A stretch of 64,000 nucleotides of DNA from Planctomycetota bacterium (GTDB taxonomy: Bacteria; Planctomycetota; GCA-002687715; DRQF01): contig JALTLO010000197.1 in assembly GCA_027001995.1 (NCBI GenBank), forward strand, positions 14,781 through 78,780, in the 5' to 3' direction. Made by a program: the position numbers and the translations under genes. The notes below the pieces were generated by a model. It saw only the letters and a program-made list of their open reading frames with translations. It had not been told where the DNA came from and did not search any database. This document shows, piece after piece, positions 30,601 through 39,624 of the stretch (the first letter of the stretch is position 1; each line of letters opens with the position of its first letter).

Positions 30601-30842
30601 ACCCTCTTCAAGGGCTGCTGCAGGGATTGGGTGGCAATAAGAAGAAATCCAAGGACGATGCCAAGAAGAAAGCTTCCGACCCCCTTCAAGGACTGCTGCG
30701 AGGATTGGGCGGCAAGAAGAAACAGAAACCAAACGATAAGAAGAACAAGAAGAACAAAGAAAAGAAGCAACGTCCCAAGGGCTTAGGTGGCCTCCTGCAA
30801 GGTTTGGGCGGAAGCCGCAATCAGAACGACGGCCACCGTTGA
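27603..30842 (+). CDS. AsmA/TamB-like giant envelope protein with lysine-rich repetitive C-terminus
   Basis: N-terminal TM anchor (AVLLLILLVAVLVALAP), then ~1000 aa of beta-rich periplasmic sequence. The C-terminal 90 aa contain imperfect GLGGNKKKSKDD..KKK.ASDPLQGLL repeats. The track start is 27528; the internal Met at 27603 is preferred. Confidence 0.45.
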   Translation: MTTDKPKKSALGRIMRAVLLLILLVAVLVALAPTLFSGFIQGKIVEAMEESLDAKVTMEDFSFGWMSGSQIEGFTMTRPGESEPCLSVGKVTTAPSLSDILASRFIVEDIVAENVTVRIKRNETGVDWQDIAKGPKKKGEKTGSESTEIPDFLVRARVNNLRIVYSDIKLDRALDFPGMNVSLEASRGADLKVKVTGPSGLDCDLKCQLFDGDRLLPNDKITATGTLSWSDLQLFDYQPHLGQYLSGLSGTVNTHYNLNYGPQGATRVSGKTQWQGLVAKTSAGGVASTSGTIDNTVLMAEGQPPVVEALINLSDVEIVGMPNQKKAVPCGTGVVNVKMAGDLLTLSQCEVAVPGGKFSLSGDYAMGDQPSRGMRLDANTDLSIWSTYFEGIPDLGGKVQVGGLIPGDMTRNPIDLKVLVDALKLTGGPLGEKSYNCGKTTFDLQLTQPQTPEGSQDIIVKSRSRMWQVDLNSSLRSKASAAFGMLGQAKIKGNCDMEQFLAPFTDSRGQGRVSFDFLAGLEEDKVQIQNATVRGPGATAQFSGQVGRRADGWGFMFDGKDVTYQRGDGIGIVMPKLLGRGTWNEKSHAVQGRISIDDVRTVGGQRATMKGGAVLVDFDGSVDQEKGRYQINFGRLNLAGFQGKGGIDYAKDTGLGKLSIVGEADYAELSSRWLRLYDPQATGQGKGPVVLEIDPKGGNWSQASGRLDLQVPGLKSQGFDLADLVIKGTMNNGKGKITQGGGRLNDGTVKLTGDVDFTGENMVFNTNAEMKGVRLVKEWQPAIARVIPLFAGIGVTAEGVINMNLTADGVGDTWDSIKPRLNGDGSLGLGNGRIVGSPILRTFGLALGFDPNMSIRDINSAFQIKNGGVHQEGLLADFGTFQMKMGGITYLDGRLDYDVGFKPVSQNPSNWQRFASLVANDGFLPLKLRGTVDSPKPGLPDPAKLIEAGARKLLGDGIGNLLGGDKKKNGKSQGIGGILKGLGGNKSKSKDDPKKKNASDPLQGLLQGLGGNKKKSKDDAKKKASDPLQGLLRGLGGKKKQKPNDKKNKKNKEKKQRPKGLGGLLQGLGGSRNQNDGHR
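30541..30830. repeat. Imperfect ~80-nt tandem repeats (about 3 copies) encoding K-rich GLGGNK..DPLQGLL units at the C-terminus of CDS 27603..30842
   Basis: Direct reading of the DNA and of the translation. Confidence 0.6.
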
Positions 30843-30851
30843 GGTCCATTC

Positions 30852-31697
30852 TTGAGGCTCACAACCACAAATCATGATCGCGATTTCTCTGGTATGCGCT
30901 ATGTCTATCCAGTGATATCACGGCGCGCGCAAGGTGTGTCCATTGGCATCAACCTGAATCCCAACAAAGCCTGCAATTGGCGCTGTGTCTATTGCCAAGT
31001 CGCAGATCTAAAAAGGGGAGCAGGCCCCACCATCGACTTGGATCTTCTCCAAGACGAACTCTCAAGTCTTCTCGATGCCGTTGTTCGGGGCGATTTCATG
31101 GAAACCCATGTCCCAGAAGAAGCCCGCGTCTTGAAGGACATCGCTTTTTCTGGGGATGGCGAATCAACCAGTTCACCTCAGTTTCTTGAATCATTGGAAA
31201 AAGTGGCAAACTTGTTGGACCGTTTCGGCCTTAAAGGAAAAATCAATGTTGTGTTGATTACCAATGGCTCCCTGGTTCAGAAACCTGAGGTACAAAAAGG
31301 CCTTCGGGTGCTTTCTGATCTGGGAGGCGAGGTTTGGTTTAAGCTCGACCGGGGAAGCTCTGAGGCCATAAAGGAAGTCAACGGGGCAGTCATAGATATC
31401 GACCGTCACCTCGTCAATCTGGAAACCACAGCTCGCCGGGTACCCACCTGGATTCAAACCTGCATGTTTGCCAAAGACGGCCAACCTCCCACCGAAGAAG
31501 AGATCGATGACTATCTTTGTATCCTTGGCAACCTGATTCTTGCTGAGGTGTCGGTGCAAGGTGTTTTGCTCTATGGAATGGCCCGCCCACCTATGCTTCC
31601 AGAAGGGACAAGGCTCTCTCAGTTGGAGAGCAAATGGCTCGAGAATCTGGGAGGGCGCATTCGCGCCCTCGGCTTACAGGTTCGCGTTTCAGCCTGA
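30852..31697 (+). CDS. Radical SAM domain protein
   Basis: CNWRCVYC (CX3CX2C) cluster motif near the N-terminus, then a glycine-rich SAM-binding-like segment. The start is 10 nt after the AsmA-like stop. Confidence 0.6.
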   Translation: MRLTTTNHDRDFSGMRYVYPVISRRAQGVSIGINLNPNKACNWRCVYCQVADLKRGAGPTIDLDLLQDELSSLLDAVVRGDFMETHVPEEARVLKDIAFSGDGESTSSPQFLESLEKVANLLDRFGLKGKINVVLITNGSLVQKPEVQKGLRVLSDLGGEVWFKLDRGSSEAIKEVNGAVIDIDRHLVNLETTARRVPTWIQTCMFAKDGQPPTEEEIDDYLCILGNLILAEVSVQGVLLYGMARPPMLPEGTRLSQLESKWLENLGGRIRALGLQVRVSA

Positions 31698-31782
31698 TGG
31701 CAGGAGTGGGAGTACATAGGATACACAAGGGCAGCCGCCCCATGCTCTTCCTTCTCACTGAATGACGTTGATCCCAAGGTCT

Positions 31783-32655
31783 TCAGAGTTTGCCTAGTTT
31801 TCTCGCGATGATGGGGCTAAATTTCTTTGCGCCGAAAATGTTCAGGTGGTCAATGTTGAGAAACTCTTTGGAGTTGAGCCTAAGACCTCCGGCGGCAAGG
31901 ATGGGGACTCCCATTTGGGAAAGCTCTCCTCGCAGCCCTTTGAATTCCTTGAGGAAATTCTCAGGAATGGCGTTTAGATACCGTCTGCGAACCGGGCTGA
32001 CGACCAGGACGATCTTCACTTTTCTTGCCCGACAGAGCTCGATGATCTTGAATAAGTAGCGCCTCATGACGGCGGAGATCCCGGCGTTCTTGCCTCGGTA
32101 GAAGAAATGACCTTCAATGGCACGTTTAAGATCACTGGTATCACTTTGTCGAGAGTTGCTGTACTTTCCCATGTAGTGAACGTGGTCCTCTTTGGGTTGC
32201 AGACACATTTGGCGCACCACTGTGTCAACGTAGGTTCGCCAGTCCACCGCTATGGTCTCTACTGTGAGTGGATTGCCGATGGTGTAGCTTCGTTTGAACA
32301 TTTCCTCTGCCCACTGAGGATCAATGAACTTCTCATCGTTGTAGGCCGAGATGTTGTGATGTGCTAACCCAAGCAGCACGGTGGAAACATGGGGGTTTTT
32401 GGGCAGCAAGGTTTGTAGTTTCCAGTAGGTCAGAGCATAGGGCTCTGCCCCTTGACAAATGTTGCGACCGTGTTCGAAGAATTCTGGGTCTAAGGCCCGC
32501 ATTAAGTATGAGTCACCAACAATGAGTGTCTCACAATCACCAAGATCAATTTTTGGATCGGACTTGCTGACCGACAAATTGTAGGAGTAGAGGAACCCCA
32601 TATAAGTCAAAAGCAAGGAAGCGAAGAGGACTAACTTGATCAAGAAAGGTTTCAT
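31783..32655 (-). CDS. AlgJ/AlgX/DltD-like SGNH-fold O-acyltransferase accessory protein
   Basis: N-terminal anchor. Immediately downstream of, and co-oriented with, the MBOAT gene. Architecture is like DUF1574 / the AlgJ partners of AlgI. Confidence 0.5.
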   Translation of the reverse strand: MKPFLIKLVLFASLLLTYMGFLYSYNLSVSKSDPKIDLGDCETLIVGDSYLMRALDPEFFEHGRNICQGAEPYALTYWKLQTLLPKNPHVSTVLLGLAHHNISAYNDEKFIDPQWAEEMFKRSYTIGNPLTVETIAVDWRTYVDTVVRQMCLQPKEDHVHYMGKYSNSRQSDTSDLKRAIEGHFFYRGKNAGISAVMRRYLFKIIELCRARKVKIVLVVSPVRRRYLNAIPENFLKEFKGLRGELSQMGVPILAAGGLRLNSKEFLNIDHLNIFGAKKFSPIIARKLGKL

Positions 32656-32663
32656 GTCCTGCC

Positions 32664-34112
32664 TTAGAATTGAAAATAAACGAATTCATGTTGGCTTCCT
32701 CCACAGAGGAAGATTGCCATGATCAAGGCGAAGTAGGCTGGCCACCTGAGCAGGCGATATCGACTCTCATGTCCCCAGTGGAGCCCGTGTTCTCTTAGGC
32801 GTTGGCACCATTCAATAACAATCAAGACTACAATCGAAATAGTCAGGCTTTGCTCGATCGTTTTCGATGTTTCGAATAAGGAAGCAGAAAAGATCTGGCC
32901 CAAGTAGGAAAAGGCATGCCCGAGATTATCTGCTCTAAAGAAAACCCAGGCAATCAATGTCAAAGCGAACGTTGTCACTATTTGGGCGAGTTCTTTTGGT
33001 CTCGGGAATATCTTCCCTTCAGCGACAACGTTCAGGTTCTTGCGGTTTTTGCTTCTGAGCATCAGAGGTAAGAAGTAAAGGGCATGGAGGGTTCCCCAAA
33101 CGACGAAAGTCCAATTGGCCCCGTGCCAGAATCCGCTGACGATGAAGATGATGAAGATGTTTCTGATTGTCTTAGTCGTGCTTCCCCGGCTGCCTCCCAA
33201 TGGGATATAGACGTAATCCCGAAACCAGGTCGAAAGGGAAATGTGCCAGCGCCGCCAGAATTCTGCGATGTCTCGGGAGAAATAGGGGAAAGAGAAGTTC
33301 TTCATGAGATCGAAACCAAAGAGACGGGCGGTGCCAATGGCGATGTCGGAATACCCAGAAAAGTCTCCATAGATTTGCAAGGAGAAGAGGAAGACAGCAA
33401 GGAGAAGAGTGCTTCCCGTGTGGTCTGCATAGTGAGGAAAAATTTCGTCGACAAAGGTAGCACAGTTGTCGGCAATCACGATTTTCTTGAACAAACCCCA
33501 GAGAATCTGGCGCATACCGTCAACGGCCTTATGATGGTCGAAAACCCGAGGGCGGTGGAATTGAGGCAAGAGCGCTGATGCCCGTTCGATGGGGCCCGCC
33601 ACCAATTGGGGGAAGAAACTCACAAAGGCGAAGAATGACAGGACATCTTTTGTTGCCTTGATCTTCTGGCGATACACGTCAATTGAGTAACTCAGAGTTT
33701 GAAACGTGTAGAAACTGATGCCCACCGGCAAGACAATCTCTAAGTTGCGTGGACTCATGGAGAAGCCAAAGAAGCGGAAAGCCTCGACGAAGTTGTCGAG
33801 GAAGAAGTTGCAATACTTGAAGTAGGCCAGTAAGCCCAGATTGACCGTCAGACTTAGGAATAGGAGGAGTCGTCGGTGTCGCTTATTCTCAGTTCCTGCC
33901 AGGCCGAGACCTACCCCAAAGTCAACCATGGAACTCAAAGCGATTAACCACAGAAAGTGCCAATCCCACCAACCATAGAAAATGTAGCTGACTAGCAAGA
34001 GGAATGCGTTCTGAACTTTGAGATTCTTGGGAAAGACAAACCAATAAAGGGCAAAGACAATTGGCAGGAAGATGGCAAAGTCGATCGAATTGAACAGCAT
34101 TCGGAAAACCAA
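32664..34112 (-). CDS. MBOAT family O-acyltransferase (AlgI/DltB-like)
   Basis: Polytopic, with the conserved MBOAT histidine context (..WHISLS.W.RDY.Y..LGG) and typical length. Confidence 0.85.
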   Translation of the reverse strand: MVFRMLFNSIDFAIFLPIVFALYWFVFPKNLKVQNAFLLLVSYIFYGWWDWHFLWLIALSSMVDFGVGLGLAGTENKRHRRLLLFLSLTVNLGLLAYFKYCNFFLDNFVEAFRFFGFSMSPRNLEIVLPVGISFYTFQTLSYSIDVYRQKIKATKDVLSFFAFVSFFPQLVAGPIERASALLPQFHRPRVFDHHKAVDGMRQILWGLFKKIVIADNCATFVDEIFPHYADHTGSTLLLAVFLFSLQIYGDFSGYSDIAIGTARLFGFDLMKNFSFPYFSRDIAEFWRRWHISLSTWFRDYVYIPLGGSRGSTTKTIRNIFIIFIVSGFWHGANWTFVVWGTLHALYFLPLMLRSKNRKNLNVVAEGKIFPRPKELAQIVTTFALTLIAWVFFRADNLGHAFSYLGQIFSASLFETSKTIEQSLTISIVVLIVIEWCQRLREHGLHWGHESRYRLLRWPAYFALIMAIFLCGGSQHEFVYFQF

Positions 34113-34336
34113 CTCACACAGACAAGCGACTTAGTAGAGGCACATTCTACTGTGGAGTGGCGCTGATAGCAAAAGGAGACGTTTCCGTCCTGGAGCCGGA
34201 AATGGCAATCAGCATGGGCATAGTGAGTAGAGTGATCGCTGGTTTCTGGTCTGTGGGCAACGAAGCGATGGAAATGGAGTGACCATTCTTGGGTTCTTCA
34301 TGATGGTCTGGGCTTGGCCGGGGCCAGAAGACATCC

Positions 34337-37090
34337 CTATTTGTTTGTTCGAACCTCGACGTCAAGGACGATACGGATCTCCTCATTCCCCGCTTTCACT
34401 CCGTTGAGGGTTGTCCATGCCACGTATTCAGTCTTGCCTTCTCTTTCTTCACCGAATTGAGCTCTGAGTAGATCCTCGGAGATGGCCTTATTCCATTCTC
34501 GCTTTTTCGTTGTGTCGGTGGGCGAGGGTTTTAGCGTGTAAATGACGCGAACCAAGAACACCTGGCCCATGGTGGCATCTTTCAACTCGAAGAAGCCATT
34601 CGCATCCGCCAATGCCTCACTAACCTGTCGCCTGGGACGAAAGCTCACTTCATTCTTGGGCTGTCTTGAGAGGGAGAGCCGTGCTTGGAACAAGGGTTGA
34701 TTGGCTCGGTTAACCACAACACCACGAATCGTTCCTTTTTCTATCAGAGTGAAGTTCTTTTCAAAGGACTGGGTGTTTCTGATGGTGAATTCTTGTAATC
34801 GGCCCCCTTCGACGCCATAGTTCTTGCCTTGTCCGCTAATCTCGACACTCACGACTCCAGCGCGTAGCTCTTCAAATGAATAGAAACCATTGGCGTCGGT
34901 GAAAGTGCCTCTTTCATTGTCACCCATGGTCATGATGTCGTCGCGGGGGTTTTGGTCTGTGACAGCGATGGCAACGCCCTCGACTGGGCCGTTGGGGCCT
35001 GTGACCGTTCCGTACAATTTGATTCCCCGTTGCAGTTTGACGACTATATCTTTCTTGCCGACTTGATGAAGTTCCAAGGTCGTGAGGTTGCCCCCAGCGA
35101 ACTTCGGATGAAACGCTTCGATTTCGAGGCCTGAGTCTTGGCGAATTCCTTGAATCTTAAACTTTCCTTGGGCGTCGCTCACGATGGGTTTGCGTTCTTT
35201 GGCGTTGAATATCTGAGACATTCTGGATCTTGGGCTGTCTTGATTTTCGCTTAGGACGGTCCAGTAGAGGGCAACGCCAGGGAGCGGTTTGCCATCAGGG
35301 TCAACTGTGATGCCGGTTTGGGTCAAGCCCCGTCGGAGCCGGATATCATGGCCAGTGAGAACGCTGCCTTCTTCTACTAAGGGGAGGGACGCTATTGCGG
35401 TTTCTATTTTGCTCTTATTGTCGCTTCCTGGAATAAAGGTAGAAAAGATTGATCGCTGAACGATTCCTGGTTGTTCTGCATAGTAGCCGACGGCCTTCGC
35501 CTCGATCTGAATCCTGCCGATTCTTACCCCGCTTATCTGGTATTTGCCGTTGGCATCAGCCCTCCCTTGAGATGACAGGCTGTTGCCTAAGATAAATCCA
35601 TCTTCCTTGGATATGGGCACGATCTTCACTTGGGCAAATGGGATGGGCTCTCCGGTATCTGTATCCAAAACTTGTCCGCTGACAGTGCCCCCCAGAGACA
35701 TAGTGATGTCTTTGGTGATCACTGGGCCATCGCCCATCTTGATCTTGACGGCAATCCCGGGCATGAAACCTGGTGAGTCTTTCTGGGTGGGAGGCATCAG
35801 CAATTTGAACCTCTTGTGCTCGACGAGAAGGCTGACTTGGCCCTCTGGTGCTATTCCATCCAAGCTATAGAAGCCTTTCTCATCGCTGCTGCCTTCGATG
35901 GCGATGGGGGCTCTGTTGGAGAAGCAAATGACTTTTGCCCCTACGACTGGATCCTGAGATCCAGAAAGAGTGATCTGGCCTTCGATTTGAACGCCCTTCT
36001 TGAGGACGATTTTCAGGGTGTCGTTCTTCTTTTCTCTTTCTACTTTGACATCGTCACCCTTGGGTGCGTATCCCTTTGCTTTGACCATATAGTTGTATTT
36101 GGCTTTGCCCAATTGAGTGAATTGGAATTTTCCATTCGGATCGCTTCTGGTCTTGAGGGTTTTGAAGACTGTAGGGAAGCCATTGACATCTCTCAGCAAG
36201 GCAATGAGAGCGTTGGCTATGGGTTGACCATTCTCATTTTCGACGATTCCACTCAAGAGGTGTCCTGGGGCTAAATCGATTAAGATTTCTTCAATGGCTT
36301 GCCCTTCTTCCACCATAATCCTATCGGAGTGTTTGAATTCTTTAGCCTCAGCAGTGACGGCCACGGCGTATTCTCCCGGAGTGACGTTTTCGAACACGAA
36401 ATTGCCAGAATCATCAGTCGTTGTCATTCCCAGGGGATCATCGTCTCGGGTCAATCGCCGGAGGATGGTCACCAAGTCAAAGTTATTCATGTCTATGGAA
36501 ACATTGGGAAGCAGGGCGACATGGGCTCCTTTCAAGTTCTTTCTCTTGAATGTCACCTTGCCTCGAATCTCTGTCGCCGGGGACATCATAATAATACCCA
36601 AGTCAAGTTCTTGGTCCGCAGCTAAGAAGAGGGCTGGTATCGCTGTGGACGCAAATCCCTTGCCAACAATCTTGAGAGAGAGCTCGACGTCAACGGGTAA
36701 GCCTCGGACTTTGAAAGTTCCATCGTCATGAGTTTCGGCGTTGCGAATTGAGTCGCCTAAGATGGTTGTGACTTGCACCTCCATTTTGGCCATGGGGGAG
36801 AGATCCCGGGCCTTAATGGCTCGTCCTAAGAAAGTGCCTAAGCCTGCGACCATACTCTTAGCCTCGGAGGTGTCCTGGGCGTTTCCCTTTCCCGAAAGGT
36901 GGGTTGGGTTTCGTCCGGTTCTTTCAACCTTGGTGCGAAGGGTATTGGCATCGTCCTGAGGCATCCCAGAGCTTGCGTCTTGCTGGACAAGACCTCCGTC
37001 GTTCTCGCTTAAGAAGTTGAGGACAGCGATGCCGCATCCTAAGACGACAACCAAGACGCCAACGGCGAAGATCATTCTATTGCGATTCAT
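34337..37090 (-). CDS. Secreted protein with multiple carboxypeptidase-regulatory-like (CarbopepD_reg) beta-sandwich repeats
   Basis: Signal/TM anchor, then repeated GxV.D..G.P..gA.V.l motifs. Confidence 0.6.
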   Translation of the reverse strand: MNRNRMIFAVGVLVVVLGCGIAVLNFLSENDGGLVQQDASSGMPQDDANTLRTKVERTGRNPTHLSGKGNAQDTSEAKSMVAGLGTFLGRAIKARDLSPMAKMEVQVTTILGDSIRNAETHDDGTFKVRGLPVDVELSLKIVGKGFASTAIPALFLAADQELDLGIIMMSPATEIRGKVTFKRKNLKGAHVALLPNVSIDMNNFDLVTILRRLTRDDDPLGMTTTDDSGNFVFENVTPGEYAVAVTAEAKEFKHSDRIMVEEGQAIEEILIDLAPGHLLSGIVENENGQPIANALIALLRDVNGFPTVFKTLKTRSDPNGKFQFTQLGKAKYNYMVKAKGYAPKGDDVKVEREKKNDTLKIVLKKGVQIEGQITLSGSQDPVVGAKVICFSNRAPIAIEGSSDEKGFYSLDGIAPEGQVSLLVEHKRFKLLMPPTQKDSPGFMPGIAVKIKMGDGPVITKDITMSLGGTVSGQVLDTDTGEPIPFAQVKIVPISKEDGFILGNSLSSQGRADANGKYQISGVRIGRIQIEAKAVGYYAEQPGIVQRSIFSTFIPGSDNKSKIETAIASLPLVEEGSVLTGHDIRLRRGLTQTGITVDPDGKPLPGVALYWTVLSENQDSPRSRMSQIFNAKERKPIVSDAQGKFKIQGIRQDSGLEIEAFHPKFAGGNLTTLELHQVGKKDIVVKLQRGIKLYGTVTGPNGPVEGVAIAVTDQNPRDDIMTMGDNERGTFTDANGFYSFEELRAGVVSVEISGQGKNYGVEGGRLQEFTIRNTQSFEKNFTLIEKGTIRGVVVNRANQPLFQARLSLSRQPKNEVSFRPRRQVSEALADANGFFELKDATMGQVFLVRVIYTLKPSPTDTTKKREWNKAISEDLLRAQFGEEREGKTEYVAWTTLNGVKAGNEEIRIVLDVEVRTNK

Positions 37091-37466
37091 TCGAATTCCC
37101 TCTTCCCTGCAACAGCCAACGATGTTTCCTCATCATAACCAAATTGGAGAACACGATTTGAGCTCATCTATCCTTGAGCTCATCCTCCCCCAATGAAGCC
37201 CATTATCAAGTCTGACGAAGGCCAAAGGAGAATGTTCATGGTTTCCCCCGAGAAGACCCCTAAGAAGGGTGCTTAGACTTCCCCGTGCACCAACCCTTGG
37301 ATTCAGATTTTGGCCCGTTTCTCCGCTTTTGGTCGCCCAATTCAGGCAGGAAACCATCAAAAGAGTGATTTGGCCTTTGAAATAGCATTTGTTTACCTTT
37401 ATGTCTTATTTCGGAACATTTCCGGCCGAAGAGGGTTTTATCGACGGTCGCCACGGATAGGAATCT

Positions 37467-39611
37467 GTGGATTTCTCAGTGCAGATAGCGAGTAACTCGA
37501 TGACAGTACAGAAACGTCGCTTGCAAGTGATTCTTTTTTGTTCCCTGGCCCTCATGACTCTTGGGCTCACAATCGGTATGCAGACCATCGACCGTGCTCA
37601 GGCTGAGCCTCATTTGGCCACCAAGATTCAACTCTGGGAGCAAGGTGCCAGAGAGATCGATCGCTTGGTCCAAGTCAATCTGAAACAGAATAAACTGTCC
37701 CCCAACAAAATGGCCTCGGATGCCACTTTTCTGCGGCGGGTCTACTTGGATGTCATTGGCCGAATTCCCGATATCAAAGAAACACGGGCTTTTCTCAAGT
37801 CGAAAAATCCGAACAAACGCAAAGAGTTGGTGGTGACCCTGATGAATTCGCCGGGGTACGTGAGTCATAATTTCAATTTCTGGGCTGATATCCTGCGAAT
37901 CAAATCTCGTCCCATCCCACAGATCAGTGGTGAACCTTTCATCCATTGGATCAAGCAATCTTTGCAAGAGAACAAACCCTACGATGTCATGGTTCGAGAA
38001 ATGCTCACCACCAATGGCGCAGCTAACGAGAAGGGCAATGGGGCCACAGGTTTCTTGCTACGGGACCGGGGGATGCCTCTGGACAGCATGGCCAATACGG
38101 TTCGGGTCTTCCTGGGTACGCGCATTGAATGTGCTCAATGTCACAATCACCCCTTTGCCGATTGGACGCAGCGACAGTTTTTTGAAATGGCGGCATTCTT
38201 CGGTGGTTTGCAATATGTCAATGAGATGTTCACTAAGCCCGAAGGACGGAAACTCTTGCGCCAATCCAGAACGATCGGCAAGCAACAAGGAGAATTGGCT
38301 GCCCGCAATCTTCGGCGCCAAGTTCGTCGTGTTCTTCAGCCTGGGATCAACAATAGCGGGACCGGAGTAGCTCGATTGCCCAATGACTACGCTTACGACG
38401 ATGGCAAGCCCAATGACTTCGTTCTTGCAAAGACTCTTTTCGGCAAACCGGCTGCCATCAATCCGAAGGTTCCCAAGATTCCACGCCGATTCGCGGAGCG
38501 CATGAAGAAGGCCAAGAATAAGAAAAGGATGATGAGGCGCTCATTTGCCAAAGATATACGGTCGCGAGATGCCTTCGCGGACTGGTTGACTGATGATGAG
38601 AATCCACTCTTTACCACGGTGATCGTCAACCGCATGTGGGCGAAGTTGATGGGGCATCCCTTGGTGCCAGCTATAGACGATATGCGGGAAGATAGTGTCT
38701 CGGTTAATCCTGATTTATCCGCACACCTAAACAGGTTGATGAAGGACCTGAACTACGACTTGAAGGCCTTTCAAACTGTGATCCTGCTGAGCAAGACCTA
38801 CCAACGAGAATCGGAAACCAGTCTTCCTCAGGCACCAGAACGATTTCGTTTCCCCGGTCCTTTGTCCAGACGGATGAGCGCCGAGCAATTCTGGGATTCC
38901 ATGCTGACTTTGGTCGTTCCCAATATCGATAGCACCATCACCGAACCTATGTCCTTGCGAGCCAAGGCTGTTTACGACAACTACGAGCTATTGAGTGGCA
39001 AGTCCGCTCAAGAGATCATAGCTCAATTCAAAGGGCCGGAAGGTTCGATGATGTCTCAACAAGAGTTGCGCCGTCAGAAACGAATGGAGTTTCGTGAAAA
39101 GCTGCGTCCGTTGAGACGAGCGTTGGTTCAGGCTCGGCGGCGAAAAGACAAACAGGCTGAAGCGGAAGCGCTCGCCAGTCTCAAAGCCCTGGGGATCGAT
39201 GGCGATAATTTCTTGTCCCAGCAGCGCTATGGACGAGAATTACTCCGCGCTTCCGAGCTGCCGTCCCCAACCCCTCCAGGGCACTTCTTGCGAGAATTCG
39301 GCCAGTCCGATCGGGATCAGGCTAACGGTGCATCAACAGCACCCACTGTTCCCCAAGTGCTTAACCTGGTGAACGGTTTTGTTGAGAAGAACCTCTTGGC
39401 GAAGAGGCAAGGCATGATGCTTTCTGCATTGCGCCGCACGCAGAAAACAGATCAGAAAATTCGTTTGGTTTTTCTCTTTGTTTTGAACCGCCAGCCCAGC
39501 AGATCGGAGATCGCATCATGGCGAGGGGACGCGGCAAAAATCGGTGAGCCAGCGATCTTTGATTTGATTTGGACCTTAGTAAATAGCCATGAGTTTAGGC
39601 AGTTGAGCTGA
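37467..39611 (+). CDS. DUF1549/DUF1553 domain protein (planctomycete PSCyt2/PSD1 family)
   Basis: Conserved RIECAQCHNHPFADWTQRQF block (DUF1549) and a C-terminal DUF1553-like region. Signal anchor. Confidence 0.85.
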   Translation: MDFSVQIASNSMTVQKRRLQVILFCSLALMTLGLTIGMQTIDRAQAEPHLATKIQLWEQGAREIDRLVQVNLKQNKLSPNKMASDATFLRRVYLDVIGRIPDIKETRAFLKSKNPNKRKELVVTLMNSPGYVSHNFNFWADILRIKSRPIPQISGEPFIHWIKQSLQENKPYDVMVREMLTTNGAANEKGNGATGFLLRDRGMPLDSMANTVRVFLGTRIECAQCHNHPFADWTQRQFFEMAAFFGGLQYVNEMFTKPEGRKLLRQSRTIGKQQGELAARNLRRQVRRVLQPGINNSGTGVARLPNDYAYDDGKPNDFVLAKTLFGKPAAINPKVPKIPRRFAERMKKAKNKKRMMRRSFAKDIRSRDAFADWLTDDENPLFTTVIVNRMWAKLMGHPLVPAIDDMREDSVSVNPDLSAHLNRLMKDLNYDLKAFQTVILLSKTYQRESETSLPQAPERFRFPGPLSRRMSAEQFWDSMLTLVVPNIDSTITEPMSLRAKAVYDNYELLSGKSAQEIIAQFKGPEGSMMSQQELRRQKRMEFREKLRPLRRALVQARRRKDKQAEAEALASLKALGIDGDNFLSQQRYGRELLRASELPSPTPPGHFLREFGQSDRDQANGASTAPTVPQVLNLVNGFVEKNLLAKRQGMMLSALRRTQKTDQKIRLVFLFVLNRQPSRSEIASWRGDAAKIGEPAIFDLIWTLVNSHEFRQLS

Positions 39612-39624
39612 GAGGATTGCAGCC

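Noticed and set aside
37476-37967. 163-aa minus-strand ORF
   Set aside because: Antisense to the DUF1549/DUF1553 gene.
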